Origin: Eledone cirrhosa
Taxonomy: Eukaryota
Reading direction: 5' to 3'
DNA: 64,000 nt
Assembly: GCA_964016885.1 (NCBI GenBank)
Contig: OZ024740.1
Span: 374,232,001 to 374,296,000, forward strand
Below the pieces are notes generated by a model, which worked only from the letters and a program-made list of their open reading frames with translations, was not told the origin of the DNA and ran no database searches. Shown here piece by piece: positions 13,928 through 28,616 of the stretch. How positions within the stretch are numbered: the first letter of the stretch is position 1; each line of letters begins with the position of its first letter. The translations under genes and the position numbers were made by a program.

Positions 13928-16900
13928 AAATTCTTCACATTATTGGAGTGGTTTTTCGACGGATCAGAATGAAGCATTACTTACCTAGAGCAATAGTCAT
14001 AATAACTTAGTAGTCATAATAACGTATCAACCATTAAATCATACCCTACATCTACTTAAAGTTGAGAATTCCGTCTAGCTGGAAACAACATCTGTAAACA
14101 CTGTCGTGGTTTGATCAACTTAATCATAGCTCTGGGCCACGTTACTCTCCGTATATCTTTTCAAATGAAATAGGTGTTAACAGATGAATGTTCTCTTTCG
14201 TTTTATTGACGAAATGTACCTATGTATGTATAGCTACATATGCTGTAACCTATGAGATTTGAATTATATTTCATTGGTCAATGACTTAGCGTATTGGCAG
14301 CAATGAAATAATTACATTATTTAATCGTATGTCTTTATTCTCATAAGCTAGCAACACAGCTGCATGTGGTCTTTGCTGATAACAATGTCTTGTTATTACT
14401 TAATACAGAAAATGGACAGCAATGGACATATGCTCTCCTCTTTCTACATACATTTAATTTTGTACATATTTATCTGTGCTGTGATGATATTTCTAGGTTA
14501 AAATTTAAAGTAATCAGGGCTTATGATTGAATATAATGATTAACATTTTGCTTGGAATCCTATTAAATTTAGTATATATTATTATTATTGTTATGTTTAT
14601 GATATATCATTGTGATGCATGTGCCGAAACTCGGTGTTTGTTGTACATTAATATGGAGAATCGAAATCGCTAGAGCCCAGATATTGATAATTTACTCTCA
14701 TTAACAGCTTGAGAAAATTTGTTTACTCACACATTATTGATTATGTCAATTACTATGTTTTGTAATGTATAATTCATATGAGTTCGTATGTTTGTTTATA
14801 GTTAAAGTTTTGCTGTTTATTGTTTCTTGTAAAGTGTCATGTTTCAGTCTTCTAATGAATTAAAAATACAGACAAATACAATCAGGCATATACTTGCCAT
14901 CCATTTGCAACACTTTGCTTTTTGCAGATCCAAATATTATTATTATTATTGTTGTTGTTGCTCTTGTTGTTATTGTTGTTGTTGTTTACCATAGCTAAAG
15001 ATCAAAATCAGATAAGCATTTTTTTATTTAAGGGTTCACTATCCAATTTAATTTTGATAGATTTCCGCCGCCGTTCAGATTTCTTTATATAAGACCTATA
15101 TTTTGTGTCTATAACGTCATACATCTTTTCTTCTTCTAATGGGGGTCTCTGACCCTAACTTAGTCACTATAGAGAATGATTGGCGGGAAGCTATCCAATA
15201 TTAACATAACAACTACAAATATGCTTATTCAAACGCATTCACTAACAGATACACACAACCAAATGTGTCGAACCATTGTATGTCGGACCATTGAGTGTTG
15301 ACTTTGTTTAAAACTAGAAACATATCACTTATTTAAATAAACAAAACGGCTTTACACGGTATCCAATGAGAAGATTAAAATGAAATAAAAATCAGTGTCA
15401 AAATAGTTGTTGGAACTATAACCGAATGAAAACACACACACAAAAATAAAATAAATCAGCCAAAACGTAGAAAGCGAAGTCGATAACCCCGGGAATTTGT
15501 AGTGGCTGATGTTTTCACTTCATTGCCTGTGGCTGTGAAACACTGTATGCATAGTGAATACGTGTAAAAGGAATTGTTAGGTCTGTTAGCAAGCTGGTGG
15601 AAGTAGAATTATTATTGTATTAGAATCAGAATTCTAATAAAATAGAAATTATCTATTTTAAAATTGATTATTCAATTTAACAGAAAACAGATGTAAAAGC
15701 GAACATCACATTACTGAAGGGTGTTATTGGCATGGATCTTCATTATAAATACTCTTAATAAGAGTGTATATGTGACAAATATAAATGTTACTATCTTAAA
15801 AATAAGAAAAATGTTGCAGAACATTCAAATAATAGAATTTGCTGGGTAAATTTGGTATCACGTGGGTAAATTTTGTATAGTAGAAATAAATATTAATTTA
15901 TAGAGAATACAACCCCCAAATGGCAGAATCGACTAGATTTTCTGATCTGGAATACATTTGCTTTTAAACAAATGTTATTACAAAAAAAAGGAACGGTGCC
16001 AGCTTTAGTGTTGGCGTTATGCTTTTAGTTTAGTTTTGTGATTTATTTGTTGAATGCTTTTTAAAATCAGCAACGGTATTACTTGATTTCTTGAAAATTA
16101 TAAACATTTATGCTTGAATTATGAGGTCGCATTATATAAGACAATTAAATATATTAGTGTTATAATATATATTGTGCTGGCTGCTTTGTACTCGAGTAAA
16201 TATGATATATATGCCGGTGGAGTTGGTCGGGTAAGATGTTGTAGAATTGAAATGATGCCACGTTGAAATAGGTTTTCATATAATAATGTATCAAGTAAAA
16301 TTGAATAAACCATTATTTTAAACTGAAACACAAATACGACACACCAACGATTCCGTCGTGTTTTAAATGATTTTCAGCAGTATGAGAGAAAGCATTATAA
16401 CTCATAAAATATTAAATCACACTATACTAAACATTAATCTAAACAATAATATAATTAAAAGAGTGAATGAACAGTTATTCAGAGATAGTTTTTCCATCTG
16501 CCTCTCTAGCTTGGTGGCCAGCAGCTGGTATGTTATGCCTCTGATTGTGAAGGCACATTTAATGAAAGAGTTTACTTTTTTGAATAAAACTTTGACCACT
16601 AAATGTTGAGAGGTTCTACCTATATTAAAACATATTATTGTTGTAGCTCTTTAAATGAATTATATTAAATTGAAAGAGTGCTGGACAACATATTTTATAC
16701 TATTAACTTATGCATCTTTAGTTCCTGATTTCAAATTTCGTTGGAGTTAGCTTTGAATTTATTCAATTAGATCGATTGACTAAGCAACATTGAAGTAGGT
16801 AAAGGTATTATATTTTCTTTAACGTCTCCACCAAACTGTTGGTTGTGTTTTTGTTAGAAAAGACCATTATTGTTGTGCTGGCAATAATAACTGCAGAATG

Positions 16901-17257
16901 AACATCTATAGCATACCTGCTCTTGCTATACACTTAACTTATTCTACATTCTAAATTCCAATGTCGGAAACGTTAAGTTTTTCTTTCCTACTTTCGGAGG
17001 ACGATAACATAAAATACCAACCATATACTGGATTCTGCTAAACACGTTTATCTTTCGATCAAACTGAGATGTCATTATTTTGTAGCATCGTATATCATAG
17101 GTTAGTATGTTTCGGTGTGATTTGTATTGCAATATTATTCATTGTATGTTTAAGAAGGACTACTAGTTTCGCTGGTGTCGTTTGTAGGGTATTATCAAAT
17201 ATACATAGAATGCTGTTCTACTTTTTAAAATATATTATTTAAAAAGATTTATAAAAT

Positions 17258-17443
17258 AATTATTTCTACATTTGGCACAAGGCCAGCAATTATACCAGTG
17301 TATTACTGGTGATTTATTTTATCGACCCCGTAAGGATGAAAGGCAAAGTTAAACTCGGCGGGATTTGAACTCAGATATAAAGGACCGTAACTCTTTGATA
17401 CAAAGCATGGCGTCCAACCCTTTACCGATACTGCCAATCCACA
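17258..17443 (-). mobile_element. Full-length tRNA-derived SINE (MetaSINE-like)
   Basis: A-box-like tggcagtatcggta, B-box gagttcaaatccc, central core and 3' tail. Imperfect flanking duplication aag.tttataaa.taat. Confidence 0.85.
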
Positions 17444-17896
17444 AGTTTATAAACTAATAATCCGTGTAAAGCTTTGTCGTGGTTACGGTAATTATTTGTA
17501 TTTTCACATCTATACGTCATTTGCTTACCTATGTAATTCTCAATGACGGGAGAATGTTTAATATGGTATCTATATGTTTCGAATCATTTATATAAAATTT
17601 CATTTCTATCTCCCAATAGGATAGAATTTATTTTCTAATAATCATTCTCAATCGATACAAATTTCAACAGGAGTATACTTGAAATGTATTTACAAATGTG
17701 TGGCTTTGTGCCAATGTGAATAATGGTTATTATTCTAATGTTGACATCACATTCAATAATGTTCCTTTTCAATGTTGATATTGTTCTATGCTAATATAGT
17801 TGTCTTAAATTTTGCATAAATATTTTGCTACAATAAATTCATACAGGATATTTTCATTTCCAATTTCGGCTACATTATTATTGTTGTTGTTAGGGA

Positions 17897-18110
17897 GGTG
17901 TATTGGCAGTATCAGTAGAGCGTCAGATACCATGCTTTGCAGTATAGAGTTATGGTCCTTTATGTTCTAAGTTCAAATCCCACCGAGGTTAACTTTGTCT
18001 TTCATCTTATGGGGTCGATAAAATAAAGTGCCAGACACGCACTGGTGTCGATTTAATCGACTTTCCCCTCCTCGAAAATATGCTGGCCTTGTGCCTATAT
18101 AAGAAACCAG
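17897..18110 (+). mobile_element. tRNA-derived SINE, longer variant
   Basis: Same A/B boxes and core, with an extra gtcgatttaatcgac...cccctcc segment. Confidence 0.85.
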
Positions 18111-18120
18111 TATACTATTG

Positions 18121-18281
18121 TTGTGGATTGGCAGTATCGGTAGTGGATCGGCCGTCATGCTTTGACGCATAGAGTTACGGCCCTTTCTATTCTGAGTTGA
18201 AATCCCTTACGGGGTCGATAAAATAAAGTACCAGTAAGGTACTGGTTAATTGCTGGCCTTGTGCCAAAAGTAGAAACAATT
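18121..18281 (+). mobile_element. tRNA-derived SINE with internal deletion, tandem to the previous copy
   Basis: Same family; lacks the gccgagg...ttcatc segment. Confidence 0.8.
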
Positions 18282-19489
18282 ATTACTATTGTTGTTCGTT
18301 TCTGAACGATACGCCACAGCTGTTTCTAGCCGTAAGTTTTCTTTGTATACATCCATTTTTTATTGTTTTTATTTTGTTTAAAAATGTTGTTACAAAGGGA
18401 GCCTAAGGCATCAGCCATTGTCATGAACAAGTTAGGCCCCATAATATTTGGGCCTTGGGCCCAAATATAAGAACTTTAAATTTGATATAGGGCTATAAAT
18501 GTTTTGTATGAATAAATGGAAGTTACACCCCCTCCAACATCTGCCAAGGCTGGAAAATTCTCGAAATAATCGTACGTCACACAAGTGATTCGGACGGCGC
18601 TTTAAAGAGAAACAACAACAATGTCACAACCACCACTACTACAAATATCACCATCACCACCACCACCACTACTATAAACAATACCAGCTCCAGCAGCCAC
18701 ACTGGCAGCGGTAATGACAGCAGTGACAACGTCAACAAGAAATTGCAAGCAACACTATCACCAACGACATTAACAACAGCAACATAAACTTCAATAATGA
18801 CAATAATCACAAGAAGAACAACAACAGAAACAGCGAAAGTAAAGGCAGCAGCAGCAATAGTTAAGCAACAACAGTACCAGCGACAATTGAAACAAAAAGA
18901 CAACATCTAAAACAACAATAACAAATTACATTCGCCGCTACAGCTGCTAGATATAATCGGGAATTCGACAACATTTCCTTGCCTCAAATGAGTTTAGTAA
19001 ATCTGGATGAAAAATGGAAAATACACTATTCTGGTGTGATTCCACAAGGAACTTCACATGGTCGGAATGTTTTATGGAATGGATCTGATTTGGAAGGATG
19101 GTTTTCTTCTTGAAGTTTAAGCTGAAAAAAAAATATGGAGCTAGTGTAATCGACAAATTGAGAGTTCAAGTACAGACTCTTCGTTGTATGTACTTGAGAA
19201 TAAGATATACCCTTACGAGAGACGTCATTGTGTACCTGGAAGGAACACCGACACCGATGTAAATGTGAACGTAGAGCCCTGATTAGATTGTTCATCTAGT
19301 AATTGGCTAACTACTATGAACACTTTTCCCCATAAACATTCATAAATATGTATGAGAGAAATCGGAGAAGATATTAGTAATGGATATTTTCCCACTGAAC
19401 TATTGGACTCTATGCTGTATGGTAGTGTTATTTGAGGAGCTGTGCTGTCAATTGATATGTATCTAGTTATCTGCAAATTGAGATTCCCA

Positions 19490-21253
19490 CAAAACCTAAA
19501 GTTTCAGTTCGATCTACAGGACATGGGGAACTATGGCTAACAAGGCGGCCTGGCCTATGTATGCGAAATCAATTGCATCCAAATTCAGAGAACTACCTGA
19601 AGAATCTAAGGACATTGAAACGGTGCGGAGGCTATTTAGCTCGAGAGATTCTGTGTAAACTGTTGAATAGTGTGGGCTCAAGCGGCTGGTGATGGAACCG
19701 CGTTGTGCAGTTTAACGGTTACACATCCTGGTTTAATTAGGAGGTTCAATATGTAAAGAAATAGGCATACAAAGCTTAACTTGAATAACTCCTCTCTGTT
19801 ACACACAGGACACAAACAGGTTTGACAGTAAATGTATTCAAGTTAAGACAATCGAGCACTTTGGGATTAAGCTGGAATCGGAATTTACAACCGCATATAA
19901 AGTATTCTGACACCCCATCAGCCGACTTCGTAAGAGGTCCCGATACTCGCCTGCTATCATGAACTCGTTTGTGGTCCTTTTGTTCACAAGAAATAAAATC
20001 AGGAGACATAATCCCAATTTTCAAAGAGGGAGACAAGTGATGTTTTTCTACTCATAGAGGAATAACCTCTCTATGTCTCCCAAGGAGAGTCTATGTTAAG
20101 TGCTTAGCAACGGAATTTAAGAATATTGTGGAATTAATGCTAATTGATTGTATTTTACCCGGTCGAAACAAAGCAGGCCAACTTTTGATTCTGCGATACC
20201 TCTTCAAATTCTGGGAATATTTTTCTTTTAGTGAATCTCGAAATGGAAATTGACCGTATTCCACATGATTAATCGTGGAGGTCTTCCAGGAATATGTGCT
20301 CAATGGCCAGCTTCTTGTTGCTTTGAATTTCTTACACGAATGCCATAGAATTTATATTCGAGTAAATGTGGCTCATTCGAAGCTATTCACCATGGGTGTG
20401 GTACTGTCGTCTCTACTGTTTCTAAACTTTATAAAAAGGATTGACATGCGCTATTGGACTGGGAATAGTATCAACACGCGGGAATTTACAAGAGATATGG
20501 TATTACTCATCTTGTCGAAAGGTAATTTCAGACATGCTCTGTTCACTGCAAAAACTGAGGTACTCAAACACTCAAGAATGATTACGCTGGGCACTTTACA
20601 TGTGAATGGAATAACACTGTATCGGGCGGGAAAATGTAACTGTCTCCGGTCACAAGCGGCTGATTTAAGTGCAATAATTGCAGGAACTGATGCAGAAATG
20701 CGCCAGCTTCAGCATTCATTCAGCGGATGAAGGGAAGTCGGTTTAAATGTCAAATTCGCTATTTTCAAGCTGGTGTCCGTGCTTGTATTTACCTATAGTC
20801 ATGATACAAAGCTATGAATACGATCACGAATTCAGGCGGCCCGGATGAGGTTCCTACAAAGGGTTTTCAAATAATGTTACGCGATAATGTGTGTAGCTTG
20901 AAAATCAGGGAATCGCTCCATGTAGAGCCACTACTTCTGGACAAATTATACAGACAAACGCAAATGACAGGACTCCCAGTGGTAGTTCCTGCACAGGATC
21001 TTTGGATAACATCAGTGGTCTTGGTTGGTATATCTAGGGGATTCTGCCAGATCAATTGGAGACGTTTTGTTCTGATGGGACTCTCTGCAAGGCAGGTGTA
21101 AGAATTATGAACGTTCACGGAGTGTGTGAAGAAGAAGAAGAAGAAGAAGAAGAAGAAGAAGAAGAAGAAGAAGAAGAAGAAGAAGAAGAAGAAGAAGAAG
21201 AAGAAGAAGAAGAAGAAGAAGAAGAAGAAGAAGAAGAAGAAGAAGAAGAAGAA
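19490..21253 (+). mobile_element. Decayed RTE-clade LINE ending in a (GAA)n tail
   Basis: Degenerate translation includes PIFKEGDK...HRGITSLCLPRRVY, GRNKA.QLLILR and KIRESLHVEPLLL; the 3' end runs into (GAA)n. Confidence 0.65.
21128..21253. repeat. (GAA)n microsatellite
   Basis: Directly visible, perfect repeat. Confidence 0.97.
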
Positions 21254-22007
21254 ATATTTTTGGAGGTTATCCTGTTGCTTCACGTTATTCGTAATAATAG
21301 TTGTTGTTTTTGCAGTCGGTGATTTAAAAGTTGGTTGTCATTTTTTGTAGACAGCCGACTGTTCTTTTTAGTGAATAAAATGACTTTTTACCCATATCTT
21401 TTTTTGAAAACAAAGTTCTTTGGGTGTACTTATGAATTGAATGAATACATACTGGAATTGGAGCGCAATAAATCGTATCTGTATGAACTCGGTCTGTTTA
21501 GCTTCAAAACAATAATAATGATAATAACTATGTTGTGGATCTTTTTTTTTTAATTCATGGACAATGCAAGGGCGAAGCACAAAAAAACGTGCGGGTGTAC
21601 ATCGCATAAATGGAGTTGGTTATCAAGAAATGTGTACCAATTGATATAACTTTACAATTATTAATAATACAGATTAACAAAAATTAATTAAGAATTGTTG
21701 CCAATATGAGTGGATTCTATTGTAATTCCAGAGAAACGCCCACAGTTGTTTCAAGTATATAACCGTTTAATAACCCCATAATATCGCTTTGCTGTGGAAA
21801 ATAAACAGCGTAGACTGAACGATGGATACACATTTCAAAAATCTAAACTTGTTAAGCATTAATCAGAGAAAGCCTATAGTATGCGTGCCAATAGAAAGAT
21901 TTATATTTTTATATCTATTTAAGTATACAATTGCTAAACTAGTCTGTCTGACTTGCATAGCAGTTCATGCAGTGACAACATGGATTTATCCATCATTTCA
22001 AAGAGAA

Positions 22008-22083
22008 CTACGGGGTCGATAAAATAAAGTACCAGTAATGCACTGGGGTAATTGCTGGCCTTGTGCCTAAAGTAGAAACAATT
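22008..22083 (+). mobile_element. 5'-truncated SINE fragment
   Basis: acggggtcgataaaataaagtaccag...aaagtagaaacaatt matches the other copies. Confidence 0.75.
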
Positions 22084-24941
22084 ATTTCATAATTTCTTTG
22101 TCACGTGCTAGTGTTTAATAAAAACGTATCCTTTCTGTGAAATGTACACAAAACTATATGACGAGGTCGAGCAGAATTTGTAGGTCGTTAAACCTGTGGT
22201 ATTTTAATTACTCGTTACGTTCTAACTTCATATAGTGAAGAAGGCAAATGCGCCTTCTATCATTACGGAGTCCATAAACAATAAAATTCCAATCACATAA
22301 TTGTGTGAATATAATTGCATGGACCGTCTTACCAAAATAATAGCCACGGGCTTAAGTTTAAGGGTATGTTATTATTCTGAAGGCGTTCCATAGCGAAATA
22401 TTTAAAGTGTTGAGCAATAAGCCTTGTAGTATGTAGTCACGGCGCTTTAGGTTCTGAGTTAAAATCTGGCCGAGATCAACTTTGCCATCCACTTACCGCG
22501 TCGAAAAACGTTCATACTAATCAAATACTATGTTCGCTTTAATTAACCTACCACAAAATGCTGCACATGGGTCTAATTTAGAAAGTATTATGGACTTGCA
22601 GACATGTTTCAGCATCGGCTAAAATGATTTACGCTATTTGCTATTCACATTCTTATCTCATTAAAATCTTGCTGACGCCAAACTTTCCTTTCAGCTTTGG
22701 ATAATATAAAGGAGGGAAATACCATCCCACCCCACTCACAAAAATGTTGCTGGTCTCATGTGATTGAATTAGAAATAATAATGATTATAGTCGTTGAGAA
22801 TCTTGTTATTTCTGCTAATGTAACTTTCTTTTCGGTGAAATGTCGATATCCTTCTTTGATGCCCTTGTGATATATCTGTTGTTATTCTTGCTTTCAACAG
22901 TTTCAGGAAATAATGGTAACAAGAACATTTCGATTCGTGATAGCCTTCAGATATAAGGATGTTATTTTTTCTCTTTTGTGAGTCTATTTTTACAGTGCAA
23001 TACTCTTGATTCCACAATAATGCGTATGACATTGTGAAAGCGATGTGATAATATGTCGATGTGATTATAAGTAGTGTGCAAATCAGTGCTTATATTTTTA
23101 CTGCACAAAGTACAGTATAGCGTAATATGCTACATTGTTTTGAATCATCTTTAAATTTCACTTTTAGGTTTTATATTCGATGACAAAGATCAGCAAGATA
23201 AGCAAGTCAACCACCAAACTCGCTCCCAAGTTTACTCTAATTATGTAATTTATTTTTAAAGAAAAGATTATACTCGATGAACTATAATATTATATCTATC
23301 TTTTTTTCTAGATATTGTAAAAAGACGTAAACAACTATTAGTATACATCCCATTCACAACATTGTATGTGATCATTTCCTCGCTTTACAACCAAAGAATT
23401 GAGAAGTTATAATGCTATGTTCAAACAATTCTTGCCTTCGAAATTTCTCATTATTTTATGAAACAATAAGTAACTTTCAGATATATAGGTTGATGAATGA
23501 GCGTAAAGTGAATAAATGCGCTTAATCCTAAAGCTCGGCGACATGGAAACCTTTCTTATTTTACTCTAACCTAAGCTTGCCCAACACATGGTGAGTAACA
23601 TTTGGAAGACTGCAAATAAGTAACGTCCTAATTCCCAAAAAAGAAATTAATGAAATAAATACATGACTGAAATGAACAGCGTGATTTATATTAATATGTT
23701 GCCACCATCCCGGACATCGACTAAATCCAAATATCTGCCCTACCCACACATTATGGACCTGTACACTATCTACAACTTTAGATATCACCTTCCCACTGGA
23801 TTTCAATGTGTGCATTTAGTGCGCATTGGAAGCGCGAAACTATTCCTCATCGACGTGCCACTGATTAAATCAGTCACTAAAGATTGTCGCTGTCATCCAT
23901 GTCACCAGATCCAATTGATATGTGCACTACAGAACCAACCTCATCGTGTATGAAACTCAAAGTTTTCCTCTTCCTTTCTACGTATATATAAGGAAAAATC
24001 TAAAATAGGTTTAATATAACAGAAGGTAACTGCCTTTGTGACAACATATCCCAATTGATACATTTTCGAGCGAATACTTCACATTTCTGTTTTACATATG
24101 TTCTCTTCGTACTTCACATCTCTTTGACCAAAATATTTCTTTCAAGACGCGTGTACATGAGATGATCTACAACATTGAATTTATGAACTATGGTAAGATT
24201 CTTATCAAGAATAAACTTTGAGGTTATTTCACACACAAATTCCTGCGAGGTATTTGCAACTAAATTACATATAGTAATTAGTTATTTACATATAGTTATT
24301 ACTAAATTACTTATAGTAATTACTTATTTTCCATTGCACACATTCGTACAGACATGTCCTTGCAACTACACTCAGTATATTCCTCGATTTCATGGAACAC
24401 GGGTGAACGAATGCATTGTGCCTTGATGGCAAAACATCTTTCATTTCTGGAGATCCGTCTGCGGTATTCCAAACTGAGTTACATATAGGTATTATTCTAC
24501 ATTAGTCATCAACACTCGCACACACTTATCTACACATCACGGAACAAATGTTATGGGACGAGACCAGATTAATCATGTGTCTATAGTCAAAAGAACACAT
24601 ATGGAGGAGGGCACTTTAACTTGATAGAGAGTTATTTTTCATTTTTGTGTTCCCTGGGTTGGCCGTGCGTGTCTGTTAATCTATTGCATGTCATGTTATT
24701 CCTTTTATATACATTGAATTCTCTACCTAATCGGTTCTATCTAAATTCCTCTGCATTCGTAAATATACTCTTGTAAATTCTCTAATATTTGTGTTACAAC
24801 AATGCACAGTGGAACCTCTATCGAGCCAAAAATACGTACCTGCAAAATACTGTAGTAATTCTATCGACTTTTCATTCTAACAAAATATATGATGTTTGGT
24901 CTATTTCAGAAATGGTTATTAATATCCTGGCTACTGCATAT

Positions 24942-25130
24942 TGGTGAATTGGTAGTAACCGTAGAGCGTCGGACTCCGTGCTTTCCACCATAGTTACGTC
25001 ACTTTAGGGTCTGAGTTTAAATCCCGTCGAGGTTAACTTTGCCTTTCATCTTTACGGGGTCGATAAAATTAAGTACCAGTAATGCACTGGGTAATTGCTG
25101 GCCTTGTGCCAAAAAGGTATAAACAATTAT
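24942..25130 (+). mobile_element. tRNA-derived SINE
   Basis: Full family consensus visible. Confidence 0.82.
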
Positions 25131-25162
25131 TTGCATAATATGATGTAGCGAGTTAAAATAAT

Positions 25163-25348
25163 AATTATTTCTACCTTTGGCGCAAAGCCATCAATTATCC
25201 CAGTGCATTACTGGTGCTTTTTTTTATCGACCCCGTAAGGATAAAAAGCAAAATAACCCTCGCCGGTATTTGAACTCACTCCATAAAGTGACGTAACTCT
25301 ATGCTCAAATTATGGGGTCCGACTCTCTACAGATACTGCCAATCCACA
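25163..25348 (-). mobile_element. tRNA-derived SINE, tail-to-tail with the previous copy
   Basis: Reverse complement of the family consensus. Confidence 0.82.
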
Positions 25349-26567
25349 AGTCTTGGTCATGGTTCCAATAATATTAATTATATATTAGAAATCATAGGGA
25401 CTGAAATAAATAATGTGATCATACGCTCTATCATTCATATATACTAATTAAGTGTTTGATTAAAGAGAGATTTATATTGAGTGTGATCCGTTCGAAGCCG
25501 ATGAAATATGTATACTGCAGGACCGCTGATTCCCATAACGATCGACATAATGATTAACATCAAAGACCATCTAACGTGTCATCTATCTAGATGCACGATG
25601 TCATTACATTAATCAAAAGATATAAACGCAATTTTTTCGTCAGAATCTTTGAATTTCTAATCGGATAAGTACATAAATGTTGACGATGATTATATCCTTG
25701 CTTTTGTTGTTTCTGTTTTGTGGTTCTGGCATCGTTATTGTTTAGACAGAGTTGGGTATCCACTGCAGCGTGTTAATATTTATCCAGAACTACGTTACTC
25801 AATATTTCATATGCTTTTTTAAGGTATAACTGTGATATTTGAAGTTAAGATTAAGTGTCTGTAAGGAGTATTGGGGCTATGCCTGTCCTGCAGTAACACA
25901 TGTGTGGTTGTCGGTATGATTTCATTTTGTTTGTACATTAATGATTCAGTATGACGATGCCGACATATAGGAATATAAGTGTTTAGTAGAAGTATATGTT
26001 TTTACATTTGTTGGTCTTTTAGTTGCTTCTTTTTTGCTACTGCACACCTACTTGTTAATATTCATGCAAACGCACCAGTCAAGCTTATAGAGAGGGACAA
26101 GGATAGAGCCTAATAATCTCAAAAGGGAAGGTAGTGAGAATGGTGGAAGCAGGACCACCATATTGTTCTAAGTCTGAAAGTTTGGAATATGAATTAAACT
26201 TAAGAGTAAGTGCTGATTAAGAAATTGTGTTGTAGGAATAGTGAAAAAAAAATTCTAAACTATAATAAAGTAAAAAGCGCGGGACTACGTACGGTTTATA
26301 ATTGTTTATCCCATTAGTAAAATAAGTTGGATCAATTTGAATAAATAATGAATAAATATTACATAATTTATCTACTAAATTTCGTTGCTTTTGATTAAAT
26401 ATATTTTGTTTATTTAAAGATTCACTTCTTTAAAACTTCTAAAATGTCAACACTTCCAGTTGGCAATCGCTTAAATAAACGTACTAATTTTCTGTCACTA
26501 ATTTTCTCCTAATGTAGTTTATATATAATATCGTCTTTTTTCATGGATTACTTTTGCTGATTACATA

Positions 26568-28535
26568 AGACAGTGTAACAAAGTCTTCGTTCAATTTCTG
26601 TTTATATTGTCAATTACGATTTTATTTGATGTATCATATCTACATGTATATATACCTGCGTATAATATCAATATACACACTACACTTGGTAGCAGAAAAC
26701 CACCCGAAAGGGGGGTTTTTCTGCTAGTTATATTTAATTTTATATATCATTTTATATATCATTTTATATATAATTTTATATATATATATTTCATATATAT
26801 ATTTTATATATATATTTTATATATTTTTTTAAATATATATTTCATTCATATATTTTATATATATATTTTATATATAATTTGTTTTATTGACGGTGTCTGT
26901 GTTGTTGTTGCGTCCCTTGCGGCGTGATAGACATCGACACAATAAGTTCATTTTTTATTTGCGTGTATAAAAACAATGTTGTATTCACATTATGAACTGT
27001 TTTCTGACTAAACCAACCTGCTTCTGATGAGTTGGGTGGTTCACCGAATATGTAGCCCTAATTGTGCTTCTTTTCTCAAAGAAACTACTCATTAAAATTA
27101 AACATGGGGATGAAGGAAAATTTGACGCATGGTTGTCCTTAAATTGGGACAGCCAGAGTTCGGAAATTAACGAGAGCAGCAGCAACAGCAACAACTCTGC
27201 ACAGGGATACTTTGAACGCACTTTCCCGGAAATAGAAACTGTAAAACCCCCGTCGGATTTACAAGAAAAACAAAATAAAACCAGCACAACAAGAAAAAAC
27301 CTAGTAGCAAAAGCGATTGATGGAAATACTAGCAATAACAACAGTGACAACCTGGAAAGCAAAACACACGGGAGCACTGACAAAACGCAACAGCAATAAC
27401 GACAACAAAATGAGTGAAAGAAAGTAACAACGCAGCAACAAAAACATTTTTGGACATCGCTAGGTCGAGCAAAATAGAAATGTTTCCTTTAACAAAGGAA
27501 CACAAATACTGCATTGACGGAAGCCAAAAAGAAGAAAAAATTGACAGCCTGAAGACAGTAGTAATGGTGTCGCCTGAAAATGTCGCAGAACGGGCAAAAC
27601 AATCTGTTCTGTACCGATGTGTACTATTACAAAGCCGGCGAGTTAAACATGCCACGATTTATCAGCCGGAGAACGCCCCAAAAGTCATCATGGCTGCTGT
27701 ATCTTACATGCGTTGTGTAAGACAGGGCGCTAACGTCGATGGGCACTTGAAAAGTGAGTACCTCCCGATGTAACTGGATTGCCGCTCATACTAGGAGAAC
27801 TTTTCAGCCGAGGACTAAGGACAATTTCCATAAAGCCATAGCTTGGCATAACGGGAAGCATTGCCATTTCAAGACACACTCTATATAGTAGGGAAATGCT
27901 GCCAGCCGGATGTATGCGAGATGCGCGCAGGGGGATGAAATCTTTCTGCACACACTCTTATTGCTCTAGGATTGTTGTCTTTTATCATTTTGTCAAACAG
28001 CTATTATTGAGTGTAGGATGGATCTGGCTATCGACCGACTCTTTCATGTAAATAGCCTCGCCACCTTTTTGGTAAGGAATGGTATGCAATTTTCCTCTGT
28101 GTAGTGGCTATAGCGATAAACGTTTTGAGCTCGACACGGCTGTAAGGAATAAAACATATTCTTTCTTATTCGGCCAAGCCATGATCATTATCTTTTTAAG
28201 TTCCACCTGAAAGGTAGTTCTGGTTGGTGAGGGATATGTCACCTCTCAGTTCATATTTCAAATATGGATGAATGTATCGAGAACAATCCGAGTCGTGACA
28301 AAGTTGTTTAGAGATGAGAGGGGTACCTTCCGATGGTGCACTTGGACATTGGGGAAGATTAGGGTCTGTGTGGTTTCTGAGTTACCCCTGGGTGAGGCTA
28401 AGCACGATTGGGGCATTTTTATTGTTATAATGTTAGTGTTATTAGATATATATTTTTACTCCATCTTTCGTAAACAACCCTTGTCCTTGTTTTTCTACTG
28501 TCTCCTATATGTTGCCCCTTGTGGTAAATAAAAAC
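26568..28535 (+). mobile_element. Internally deleted Tx1-clade LINE (5' UTR + ORF1 N-terminus fused to ORF2 C-terminus + 3' UTR)
   Basis: 5' end agacagtgtaac resembles the 5' end of Tx1 copy A. ORF1-like RAKQSVLYRCV. From ~27670 the degenerate translation LGRTFQPRTKDNFHKAIAW, ARCAQGDEIFLH, IFLCVVAIA, WMNVSRTIRV matches the ORF2 C-terminus of 48780-50780. 3' end tgccccttgtggtaaataaaaa matches copies A and B. Confidence 0.75.
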
Positions 28536-28550
28536 TAGTGTTATCATCAT

Positions 28551-28616
<66 letters not shown>

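Noticed and set aside
13681-13988. Poly-Leu/poly-Val ORFs (also 28425-28825) and poly-E/K/F ORFs (20867-21350)
   Set aside because: Translations of (TAG)n and (GAA)n tracts.
17897-17985. tRNA-like A/B boxes
   Set aside because: Head of a SINE; no complete cloverleaf.
18444-18468. 11-bp perfect hairpin atatttgggcc-ttg-ggcccaaatat
   Set aside because: Isolated, with no context suggesting function.
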